Below, one piece after another: positions 11,900 to 22,240 of a stretch of 56,758 nucleotides of DNA. The notes beneath the pieces are model-generated. The model worked only from the letters and a program-made list of their open reading frames with translations. It was not told where the DNA came from and searched no databases. The number at the start of each line of letters is the position of its first letter. Within the stretch, counting starts at the first letter, position 1. The stretch covers positions 62,001-118,758 of the forward strand of contig CAUYUJ010000067.1 of the NCBI GenBank assembly GCA_963575745.1, in the 5' to 3' direction. Origin of the DNA: Prorocentrum cordatum (taxonomy: Eukaryota). Position numbers and translations under genes: made by a program.

Positions 11900-12791
11900 A
11901 GGGGGATCGGGATGGGGATCTCGTACTTCATTTCAAGAACCACTGGAACGTGATCTCGGGGAGTGCTGTTTGGTATGAGTTGTAAGCTTCTTCCTGCCTG
12001 CCATGCCACATTGCAATGTTTTGTACCTGGTCCCAGGCCCTTTGGTATGGCGAAGACGTCCAGAGTAGCTTTGTTTCCCTGGGCCCCGTAGTAGGTAGGT
12101 CCTGAGTTTGGCCAAAACGTCCCTGGTGACATAAATTCGAGGTCTATAAGCATATTCGAAACATCTCTCCCGAGGGGCCATTTGGTCGAAGATGATGGGG
12201 CCCCAGGAGGTCTTGATCTCTATCTACTGGTGTTCCATCTTCCCAAAGCGCAAATCCAGAATCGATATCTAGGCCGCATGTTGGGGTACTTCTCGCTCGT
12301 GTTTGTTCGAGTCGCTGTCTCATATATTTCATGACCGTCGTCGCCGCCTGTATCTGTGCTCGCTTTTTTTTGTCCACTCGCATAGATAGGTGGGGGAGGT
12401 ATGCACACATTGCCGTAATATCTATGTTTCCACTTTTGATTCGTACCTCGCCATATCTGCCTGCAATTTTTTTGGGGCCCGCATGTACAGCATACACGTG
12501 TTGACGTTTGTTATGACGACTTAATACTATGCACACTCCTGCGCTGTTGTTACTGAAGGGAGCTCGTTGCCATCCAAAGTGTATTGCTACAAACTTGTTT
12601 CCAATATTCTCTGTATGATAATCTCGGCCTGACCACTCTTTCACCCTCGTCCCTGGTAATAGTATCAGGTCGCAGTTCATGGTCTCTGCGATCTCTCTTA
12701 AACGGCCTGCGGACACGAGGGAGAGGGGGTTGTAGAGGGCGACACGCAGTATACCCACCGTCAGCCTCCCGTATGGGCTCGCCAGATGCAT
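11900..12791 (-). pseudogene. Apurinic-like endonuclease (EEP/APE) domain of LINE copy 1
   Basis: LRVALYN, CDLILLPGT, SAGVCI, CAYLP, GLDIDS (for GDxN), PTYYG...TLDVF, RDHVPV (for SDH). Confidence 0.88.
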
Positions 12792-14236
12792 TGGTGGCCG
12801 AGCCAGGCTGGTGAAGGTGAATGAACGCTAGGTCTCTCTGGGACCTTTCGGGTCGCTGCCGCTGCGGAATGTTGGTTCGGGAGGACATGGCAGCTGGAAG
12901 AGGAGGAGGAGGAGGAGGAGGAGGAGGCAAAGGAGAGAGGACGACGAGGGGGAGGAGAGAGACAAAGGAGCAGGCCTACAGAAGCAAACAGCAACAGGCA
13001 CACGCTGGACACGCAACTAAAGACATTAAATTATCTTTGGGCCGTCTGGAGGCCACCGGGCCGTCTTGGAGCAGTCTCGGCTGTCTCGCGGCGCTCTTGG
13101 ACTGCCCCGGGGCCCTCTTGGGGCTCGCCTGGGCCCCTCTCGAGCAGTCTCGGCGCTCTCTGGCCTCCTGGGGAAGGGAGTGTGGCAAGCCACGGCGGCG
13201 CCGGAGAACGCCCGAGCAGCGCCCCAGGAGTTCCGGGAATCTGGGATCTAGACTTCTTGTGGGCGTCGCGTACTGGGGGGGGGCAATCATCGGAAACTGG
13301 AACGTGTACATTGCCAGTGGCGGGCTGTTTTTCAATCCCAGGACTCTCTGGGGGTCGGGGACGACGTCGGGGTGGTGTGGTGTATACTTATTTTCTTTTT
13401 TCCCCGGGGAAACGACGAAACATGTATACACCAGGGTCCCGCATACACCAGGATCCGTTTTCCTGTGCAAATTTCAGTGCAGGGCCAGAAAGGCGTCGGT
13501 GTATAGAGGTCGGTTCCCTAAATAAATGGGGGGGCAGCGAGGGCTCCAGAAAATGGGCCATTTCGGGCCCCTGAAGGGGTTCTTTTGGGCCCAGAAGGGA
13601 GCCTCCGGGGCCCGAGAAGTGCTCAACGCAGTTCCTCGTGGCACGGTGGCGGATCTAGAGGCCGCCGCCGTTGCTGGCCCCCCTGTGCTGGTCAACCGTG
13701 TCGCTCCAACCATCCTTTCACCACCCACCAAACCTTCCCAACCCAACCCGAAGGCCCCAATTTGCCCTCCATTACCAGTGCGGGGGGGGGGGGCGCCGGG
13801 GAACACTGACAAAACACATCTGAGATCCGTACCCCCCTCAACCCGAAATTTGGGTCTTCGGGCTGGGTTGGGACGAACTGTCCTTGAGCTGTCTTGGGGT
13901 TGACACTGTGACGCTGGGGTGCCCCTCGAGGAACCTCAGGTCCTCCCTGAGGGCCCCGTGAAGGCACCCTGCGAGACGTGTGCCCGGGGTGCGGCGATCT
14001 CGCGCGATTTGCTGGAATAGTCCCAGATGGAGCCATGGGCCACAGTACCCAAGGGTCGTGCAGCCATAGGTCCTGAGAGACCCCCACAGCGCGCGCTGTT
14101 CGGGGAGCCTCTTGGCGAATGCACGCACTCCCCAAAGTGAAGTGCAGGATTTTGTATCGTTGCTCTCGGGGAGACCAGATCGAAGCCTGGGGGCTTTGAA
14201 GGCCCGGCGTTTTTTTCGCGCTCATCGCGTGCACAG

Positions 14237-14370
14237 TCATGGTGCGCTGGAGCGGCGTGCTCGTGCGTCGTGCCTTCTCTTTGGATGCTGGCTGTCCCTG
14301 GCGGCATCACGTTTTGGCCCCCCTGTTCGTCGCCGGGTTCTATGCTGCCACGCCGAAGCGAATACTAGGG
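14237..14370 (+). CDS. Internal exon of the same membrane protein gene (not in ORF track)
   Basis: CAG| acceptor, then (V)MVRWSGVLVRRAFSLDAGCPWRHHVLAPLFVAGFYAATPKRILG. Resembles the 'VRRA...H.LLAPLFC.G.FHAT.KR' block of a conserved hypothetical membrane protein family of algae and bacteria (from memory). An alternative acceptor at 14202 keeps the same frame. Confidence 0.75.
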
Positions 14371-14564
14371 GAACGAATAATGGTATAAACATACAAACTC
14401 GGAGGTCCGCGCGGACTTCTCGGATCCGCGCTTGGCCCCCCTGGCGGCGCCTCCGACGCCGCTCCTGGCGCGCTCCGCGCGCCAGGGAGATGGGTCCAGC
14501 GCGGATCCAAGAAATCCGCGCGGACCTCCGAGTTTTTATGTTTATGTCATCTTTCGTTCCCCTA
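14366..14564. mobile_element. 199-bp MITE-type Introner with ~70-bp TIRs and AATAC target-site duplication
   Basis: AATAC (14361-65), TAGGGGAACGAA ... TTCGTTCCCCTA, AATAC (14565-69). TIRs continue inward through AAACTCGGAGGTCCGCGCGGA / TCCGCGCGGACCTCCGAGTTT. Confidence 0.92.
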
Positions 14565-14574
14565 AATACTGAAG

Positions 14575-14835
14575 GCGTGGGGTTTGGTCCTCTTCATCGT
14601 TGTCATCGGCATTGTGGTGGCGCACCTTCCTTCGCCGTACCGGGCCATAGTGGACGTAGGAGTAGTTCTAAACTTGCTGGGAGGGACCCTGGCACTCATC
14701 GGATTCACGGCCCAGGTCCTGTTCCTGGGGAGGCTCCCAGAGCTGTCCCCGGACTTCCCCGACGGCGGGCCCACGTATCCACCGGTGGTGGCGTTCCCAT
14801 CGGGCGATGCGGGGCTGACTGACGTCGCTGCGTGA
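14575..14835 (+). CDS. Terminal exon of the same membrane protein gene
   Basis: GAAG| acceptor, then AWGLVLFIVVIGIVVAHLPSPYRAIVDVGVVLNLLGGTLALIGFTAQVLFLGRLPELSPDFP...VAA-TGA. Two TM helices and an 'LP.P(W/Y)R.I.D.GVV' motif; in frame with the previous exon once 14371-14574 is removed. Confidence 0.8.
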   Translation, partial: AWGLVLFIVVIGIVVAHLPSPYRAIVDVGVVLNLLGGTLALIGFTAQVLFLGRLPELSPDFPDGGPTYPPVVAFPSGDAGLTDVAA

Positions 14836-15104
14836 CTTGGCCACCAGCGGGTGAGGCACAGCCTGAGATCCATCCCGATCCGAAGACGCTGTTCGGGGCC
14901 GACTGAGGCAGCCCCGGTTTCGGATCTTCGACGGTGGCGTGGTGGAGGCAGCACGTGGGCTCCTTGCCACGCCCTCACCGCAGGCCGCGTCCGCCAGACG
15001 CAGGTGCTCCCGTCGTTTGAGCTGTAAGCTTACGACCTGTGAGCATGCCCTGGCGTTTCTGGCAGAACCACCATCATCAGGGGCGACGCGAGGGAAGGAT
15101 ATAC

Positions 15105-15262
15105 TGAGGAGGGAATGCATCGACCCCCAATCGCCCGCTGATCGCCGATGGGGGCCGGATAGCCCGCCTCACCCAGGAACGTGCGGTTTCGCTATCGGGT
15201 GCTTACCGTCGATCTATCGCCGACGTATCGCCAATTTCAGCTTGACTTGCCCCCCCCCCTGA
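15105..15262. mobile_element. ~155-bp MITE family (CATCGACCCC ... GGTCGATG, G-run/C-run ends); other copies ~23093-23255, 35104-35258, 43948-44105
   Basis: Shared catcgaccccc.atcgc...atcgccgat core. The copy at 35104 shows TIRs TCAGGGGGGGG..CATCGACC / GGTCGATG..CCCCTGA. Confidence 0.7.
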
Positions 15263-17499
15263 GGCGGCCCTCCTACAGTCAGCGCGCATGGTCAGGTTGA
15301 ATGACATTCCCATGGGTACCCTTGCACCCTTGCCGATTCCGCCTATTCTGAGGCAATTATTAGCTCAAAGAACTTCAACTGAGGCGTCCAAAGATCTTGC
15401 AGCCTTACCGTTTACATCACGTCGCGCACATCATGTCATGTCATGTCGCGCAAGGCCTTGCACATTCCAAATCGTTTCAACTTGAAGCAGTAGCGCTCGG
15501 CGCACGGCCACCCCTTCTGGCAATAACGAAACCGATGAACGCAATAGGACTGAGTTCTGACGCTACTTGTAGCCCCACCAACCCATCCAACATCGCATCC
15601 CAGGAGCGCGTGGTCCAGGGAAGTCCTTGGGGGGATGGGAAGAGCCGCAGTCTCACTCTCACGCTTCTGGTATGCAGTCCTCAGAGCGCGGGCCCCAGGA
15701 GGGATATTCTCACGCAGATGTTTAGACGTGTCGGTTGGCAGGTTGAGTGTTTTTGCGTGTGTTCTTGATTTGGCAGCTGGAAAGCTTGTTTTTTGTTTGT
15801 AGTTGTTCTGGATACCCAGGTCTTCTGGCATGTTATATTTTCTGGGCGACCACGCAATTGAACGGCATTCTGCTGCATGGCTTTCAGGATCATGCATTCT
15901 ATCAGCCGTCCTCGGTTTCCCCACCTCTGCCCTTTTCCTCCTGTCACCCCTCCGCTTCCTCGTCCTCCTCTGCGCGACGCCTCTTGCCAGGTCGCAGGGC
16001 GACAGACCATTCGGTGTTTCTTTCGGTGGTGAGCCTGGGGGGCAATGAGAGGGGGCCGGCCTTCTCAGAAGGTGGGGGGGGGTTCTCAGAAGCCCTCGCG
16101 CCTTCTGAGAGGTGTCCCGCGTCTCCGGGGAAGGCTCAAACAACTTCTCAGAAGTCCTGAGGCCTTCCGAGCCCTTCTGAGAAAGCCCGCCCCCTCTCAC
16201 GTCCCCCTTGGGCTCGCCGCCGATTCATGTCAGAGGGTAAGAAGCCACTGTGAAGCACATGACTCCATGCTTGTGGTTCAATGCTGATGTGGATCTCCCC
16301 AATGAATATCCCCCTGATCGTGCATGCAGCCAATACGATGAACTCAGAATCGTTTTGGGCGCAGGCAGGGCTCTGGGTTTCGGGCTGCTACCTAAATTTA
16401 GGTCGGGGAACCTGTTTGTGGCCTAGGCCCGCCGGCGTTCCTCATGGTGGCACGATGACTGCATATCCACCGACCTGCTAAACTGGCTCAGCTCAGCATT
16501 GGCTTAGAACGGTTCCGTGCCCTCCGACACGAAACACATGTTGTTACAAGGGCATGCCACTCTGCGACCTGGCAAGAGGAGCCGCGCCCAGAAGAGGAGG
16601 AGGGGGGGTCAAGAGGAGAGGCTGAGGGAGGAGGAGCAGGACAAGGAGGATGACACAGCGCTTGGCCGACCAAGAACATGGAATGCAAAAAGTAGCGGCC
16701 CCGAATTACCGCACACACCTATGTGTATGTGTGTATCTGCAGTACGGTGTATAGAGGTACACACATATATATATATGTATATAGATGTGTGTATGTTGAT
16801 TTGTAAGTCGGAGGCTGGGGGTGAGATCGCAGTGGAACGGAGACCCCCCGCCGTGAAATCGATGTCGAAATCGTGTTCGTGCCGTGCGTCGTGCCAGCAC
16901 AATTGTCAGTTCTCAATCGCGCCAAAATATTTGGAAGTCATGTGTCGTGCCAACACACCATTCTTGGGATTTCAACGCCGCGAGGCAACGTGACTGTTAC
17001 GTCCTGACGATCGTGAAACGTGCCAGAAAAGGGTTGCTGGAACTGCTACACCGCGAGTCAAAGCGATTGCTACGTCTTGACAATTTGAAACCGTGATAGA
17101 GCACCATTCCTTGGAGTTCACCGCGAATCAGCGTGTAGTCCGCGCAGTTTGAGTCGTACCAGAGCGCCCTTCCTGGGACCCCAGCCGTGCGATTGTTTTA
17201 CACTGCGCGATATTCCTAAATGACTGTGCGCGGCGCCAGGGCGAGAGTGAGATCTTGAAACGCAAGCACGCCGCCCCCCCATCCGTGAAGCTCTCTGCAA
17301 ACCTGTGAGACGAGTGCGTGCGGCGCTACGGCGAGACCCGCGCAGCGAAAATGGCCCGCCCCCCATCTGAGAAGCCCCTGCAGCTTCTGAGCGCTAGGGC
17401 TATGAGTGGTGGCGACGTCTCGGGCAAAAGGCCAGGCCCGCCCAACCGACGCGTCTCGGGGTCCGACAGGGCGGAGTGATTGAAAGGAACAGGCGTGAA

Positions 17500-17670
17500 G
17501 GAGGAGCAGGAACAGGAGCAGGAGCAAGAGGAGGAGGAGGCGGAGGAGGAGGAAGAAGAGGAGGAGGGAGGAGGAGGAGGGAGGAGGAACGGGAGGAATC
17601 TGGCAGCAGGCGGAGGTGTCCGGAGGCAGAGGAGCAGGAGCAGGAGGAGGGGAGGAGGAGGAGGAGGAGG
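17500..17670. repeat. Degenerate (GAG)n tract at the 3' end of LINE copy 2
   Basis: Direct reading. Confidence 0.92.
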
Positions 17671-17849
17671 ATTGTGCTAGGATTGTGTTACTTAGGACTT
17701 ACGCAGATGGAGAGCACCACGCAAGCCGCCTTCGCCGTGCAAGTTAGGACTTACAAGGGCTTCCCTGTGGATGGATGGCGGCACTCCCACAAACGCGTCA
17801 GTCGACCCTTGGCCGACCGAGCTCGGGAAGGCATGTAGCCCTCCTTCAC

Positions 17850-20696
17850 ACGGTGCGTCCACTTACACTGAACGTAGGAAGCACATCGCCTGCTGAAAAG
17901 AAACGGGGCGAAACAAGAGGTGGTGTCCTCACCCCTGTGCCTTAAGGATGCGTGCTTGTCGGGCTTCGAATTCGACAGATTCTGCGCCCGACGGCCCGCA
18001 CTGAGTCTGGCTTATGGCCCTGGGAGTGACGGTCCCTGGGGCCGACAGAAGGGGGGAGGCATCAAAGGAGGAGCAGGATTCGACTCGGCGGCCTGACTCG
18101 GAACTGGTCCACTGATGCTGCACGTTTCGGCGTCGGTAATCGTATCGACGACTTCGGACGACATAGCGCCGAGCCTGACAGCAAACGCCATGGCATCTGC
18201 TACCATGGGATACTTATGCTGATACGCCTGACGCTGCCAGAAACGGACTAGCGCACAAGTTAGCCCCCTTCTTCGCGCATTCGTCCGCGAAGCGGTTGCC
18301 ATTAATCCGTCTCTTGCCAATCTCTCGCCACTGGGCTCGAGTGGCTTAGGCCCTACGTTGTATTATATGGATGGTCCTGGGGCCCGACCTTCCAAGATCG
18401 TGAACCAGAAAACCAAATTCTCGCCAGAGATCGCAGTGTGCCCTGGCATAGATTTTGAAGGACGGCATCACGCTCCTCAGCACCTGAGGGGTAGCGTACA
18501 GTTCTGACGGGTACATCCCTTGCCGATTTTGAGGCAGGGGGAGGGGGCCGACAGCTGAAAAACACACGGGTCTCCCCCGAGGCATCTAGGGTGGGGAAAC
18601 TCCACCCCGCACGCTGAAAGGGGGACAAACTCACCGTACTGGAGTGATCCGTCAGTGCAGACCTCTCCTGTGATGACTCCTGGATGTTCGCCCTCCTGCG
18701 GAACCTCGAACGAAACTGGCAGAACATCCAGGGGTTCTATAGGGCCCTCGGAGGTTCCTCTGGCCCAGAGGGATTCGAAACCTGTGAACGGGTTTGCTCC
18801 TCTCTGTTGTACGTGCCTGCCACCAACACGCCTGCGCATGACATGCCGCGTGCTGCATGCATACGTGCGGTGCAAAACTGTACCTACAGCATACATATCA
18901 ATATGTGCCAACTGGTGCACCTCGGTCCTGCATGTGACAGTAGCTAGACTCTGGGTGCTCCAAACAAGGCGGAATGCAGTTGCAAAGCACGCGCCTGTTG
19001 GCCCTCTCACTAGGCCCCTCGGCCTCGGATGCCCGTGGGGTCGCATGACCCACGAGCGCCAGCTGGCCGTCAGGCGGCCGCGCGTAGCCATGTCCGTCGC
19101 CTCCTGCCTCGCCCTGGCCCACTCCTCGATGAGCCCCACGTTGGCGATCACGGCAGGGTCTGCGCCCTCCATCAGCAGCACCAGTGCGGCCGACCTCCCC
19201 TTGTTGTCGCCAGGGAGGGCCGCTGCCACCGTCTGCCTGAGGATGGTGTACAGCGTGTCTGTGGCGCCCTGACCGCGCGTGCCGTAGAGCTTCGACAGCG
19301 CGACCCCGAGCTTGACCACCTTCTCCGCTGCGCCTCCTGCGGCCTTGACCCTCTGGATCTTCCAGCTCCTGTCCTTGGCCTTCATGATCCTCTTGGACTG
19401 GGCTTCAGGACGAGGTCGCCGTGCAGCTGACTGGGTCACGCCCAAATGCACGGCCTCTCGCTCCACTTGAATGCCCATCTGCTTGTACTGGCTGCCAAGC
19501 TGCTGCTCCACTCCGCCATGCGAGACCACGTCTGCGGTCTTGCCGTCGCTGCCTCTCGATACCTGCATCTCTAGCACCTGCTCGCAGGCGAAGATGGGCT
19601 CGTCTGTCAGCTTCGTGTGGAGCGCCGCCATGGCGGCCAGATCGCCTCGGTTCGACGCCGCTATGTCGTCGGCGTATAGGTACATGTCTGCCCACGGGTT
19701 CGCGACGTAGAGGTCGTCGATGGCGCCGATGGGGGCGAGGGGCAAGTACAGCGGGCCGAACGCGGATCCTGCCACGGCCCCTCGCGCCCAGACTTTGCCC
19801 TCGGTGTAGCACCCATTCAGCGCCACTCTCCTCGTCATCACGGCGACGCGCTGGTACGTCTCGCCCGCGGGGACTGTCTCTGGAGGCTCACCGAGTCTGG
19901 GTGTTGCCTCTCTCGCGTTGTGTTGTATCAAGGGCCCCCACGGGACCTTCGACTTGGTCCACTTGTGCAGGGCCCCCGCGGACTTCTCGCTGTGGTTGCG
20001 AACCCATGCCCGCCTTGGCTTGGTGGCTTCCCTGAGCTCGCTCTGCTTCGCCTCGTCCGCCTCACTAGCCGTAACCCGCTGCCAGTGCTGGAGGTATTCC
20101 AGGCGCTCTGACAGCTCCCGCGGCTCATTCATGCATTCCATGATGGTCTCGAAAAAGTGGGACCACGAGGTGTCTAGCTCCTTGCCATACTGGTATAGCG
20201 GGCCGAAAGCCCAATTCTGGGTCTTTGCCTCCTTGGTGGACTTGATATGGCCCGCCTCCTGGCCTCCTGGCTCGCACGAGCTGCTGCTGAGGATATGAAC
20301 CAGGTCCCGCAAAGGACTCGCCACCCATTCTGTTGCCATAGCTCGCGCCGTCGGGGCTCCCTTGTCCCTGACCGCTGGGGGCGCCAGCTCTCGCTTCTTG
20401 TAGACAGCCTCGTCAGGCAGGTAGGTTATGCCCATGCGGCTTGGCACCGCGATCATCACCCCCGCCCTCGCGCCTTCATTGTTAGGTGCGCTGGGCACCA
20501 CTGCCGCCTTCCAGCCATATTTGATGGGCCTGGCCGACAGCAACTCCTCTTGCTTGGGCGCCAGCTGGAGCTCCTGGCCGAAGACGACTGACGCCTGGAC
20601 CTGGTAGCGCAGCTGGTGCAGCACTTTCTCGAGTTGGTTGGAGGTGTTCGCATTGTACGTGATGAAACCCGTTTGTCCGCCGTGATACTTGCACAC
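17850..20696 (-). pseudogene. ORF2 of LINE copy 2: APE N-terminus, RT, RNase H, C-terminal Cys/His motif
   Basis: ITYNANT, FGQE, GVMIAV (APE); RGAVAGSAF, LYADD, HLGV (RT); VCTDGS, ELYA, HCDLW (RNase H); GHHLL...RRCASY near 17870-17930. The APE C-half and early RT motifs are missing. Confidence 0.88.
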
Positions 20697-20711
20697 TGCT
20701 CTGGTATGTCA

Positions 20712-21645
20712 CTAGGATCTCGACAGGCTCGGCTTCCGCATCGCGAAATGGACCCTATCAGCCATATCAGCAAGAATCGTATGCAACATCTGCCCGTGCT
20801 TCTGTACTCCCTCGTCATTGGCACGGGCCTGCTTGAGGGCTGTCGCGATCTCGTGGGGGCTTGCCTTGGCCTGGAGCTGGCGGATGTCCTCGCCCTGCTC
20901 CTCGAGGCCTGCACAGGCTCGCCTCTTGTAGCATGTGCGGTTGCCGCTGAGGCATGCCCCATCTTCTTCCATCGCCACCGCCATCTTCTCTGCAGCGTTC
21001 GCCTTCTTCTTAGCCGCGAGCGCGAGGGCCGCCTCCAACTGCTTGATGGCCTCCGCGTCTTGCTCCTCGCCATCCGTCCTCATGGACTTCTTGGCGATCT
21101 CCAGGCGCGCGCAGACCGAGTCCCATCCCTTAGACTTGGGGGCCTGACCGGCGGCTTCTCCTTGACGCGGAGGGACTCGACTTTCTTGCCCGCCTGCTCG
21201 GCCTTGTTCTCTGCGATGTGCAGCTGAGTCTTGATGTCCTCGAGCTGCTGCTTGAGCTTCACCACTTGGGCGTCTGCCTTTGTCTGTGCTTCCTCTGCTC
21301 CACGGAGACTGCGGCGCACCGCCGCTTCCGCGTAGCATGCTGGTAGTTGTACTTCTTTTGGTGCCAGCAGCCCGTCGATCTGTTATTGCAGCTTCGTCGT
21401 GGCTTCCGATACGAACTCCATGCCAGGTTCCTGCGCGAGTTGTCCGAGATCTTTGTGGCGGGCCCTGAAAATCTCCAGCTTCTTCGCAAACCCTGAAAAT
21501 CGCCATCGGAGTCCTGGTGCGTGTCCTTCGAACCGTCGCCTTGCCCGTCACTCTTGGGCATCTGCCGAGGCTTCTTACACCAGTAGCATACTTTCGTCCT
21601 GTCCCAACAGTCATCAGTGTGGCACGCTGCGCAGGTCCACATCGC
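20712..21645 (-). pseudogene. ORF1-like protein of LINE copy 2: RanBP2-type zinc finger plus coiled coil
   Basis: MWTCAACHTDDCWDRTKVCYWCKKPR, then heptad-rich QVVKLKQQLEDIKTQLHIAENKAEQAGKKVESL and AEAIKQLEAALALAAKKK in shifted frames. Confidence 0.75.
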
Positions 21646-21759
21646 CAGACCTCTGGGGCATCTGGTTGCTCGGGGCGGCAGTGCCACTGCCAAGTTTGCC
21701 GCACCCTGCGACACGAGAAATCTCCTGGCACCTGGAAATCCTCGAGTCGGGCAATGGCT

Positions 21760-21828
21760 GAGGAGGAGGAGGAGGAGGAGGAGGAGGAGGAGGAGGAGGA
21801 GGAGGAGGGGGAGCAGGAGGAGGAGGAG
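21760..21828. repeat. (GAG)n microsatellite at the 5' end of LINE copy 2
   Basis: Direct reading. Confidence 0.95.
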
Positions 21829-22029
21829 GCCCCGCGCGCCGATGGTCGGCCCTCCGCCCCCCAGCCTTTGCACCCGAGCCGGCCCTGTGCCCCGCCCGCC
21901 CTGCCGCGCGCGCGCACGCACGCCGTGGTGGCCCTCCGCCCGGGCCTCGGGGTGGCTGGCCGGGAGACGGGCTGGCAGGTGCTGGTCGGCGCTGCGTAGA
22001 TCGGCTCTTATAAGCCCTGGAAGCGACAG

Positions 22030-22240
22030 GGCCGTTTTGTTACCGGTTCCGTTTCGCCGTTTTTTTGCCGGTTCCGACGCCGTTTTTGTACCGGTTCCGT
22101 CGCCGTTTTTTGACCGGTTCCGGCTCCGGCTTCAATCCTGGAGCCGTTTTTTTGCCGTTTCCGGTCGCCGTTTTTTTGCCGTTTCCATTTTCAAGGGACA
22201 TTTTTTTGGAATCGGGGGAAAAACGGCCCTGCCGTTTCCG
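22030..22240. repeat. Short degenerate tandem repeat CGCCGTTTTTT(T)GCCGGTTCCG
   Basis: About 7 copies of a ~22-nt unit. Confidence 0.85.

Larger units (their letters stand above)
7300..12900 (-). mobile_element. Non-LTR retrotransposon (APE-RT-C2H2, RTE-like architecture) with an additional 3' ORF; frameshifted, inactive
   Basis: Colinear minus-strand ORF pieces 12144-12791, 11008-12153, 10935-11192, 9945-10838, 9578-9766, 8731-9531, 8154-8675; lower GC than its flanks. Confidence 0.92.
17690..21760 (-). mobile_element. Non-LTR retrotransposon with ORF1 and APE-RT-RNase H ORF2; internally deleted and frameshifted
   Basis: ORF1 pieces 21080-21319, 20712-21917, 21259-21921; ORF2 18477-20696 and downstream fragments. 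Confidence 0.9.

Noticed and set aside
15280..17480. Protein-coding gene in the unique-looking stretch
   Set aside because: No recognisable motif or consistent exon chain in the ORFs examined; left unannotated.
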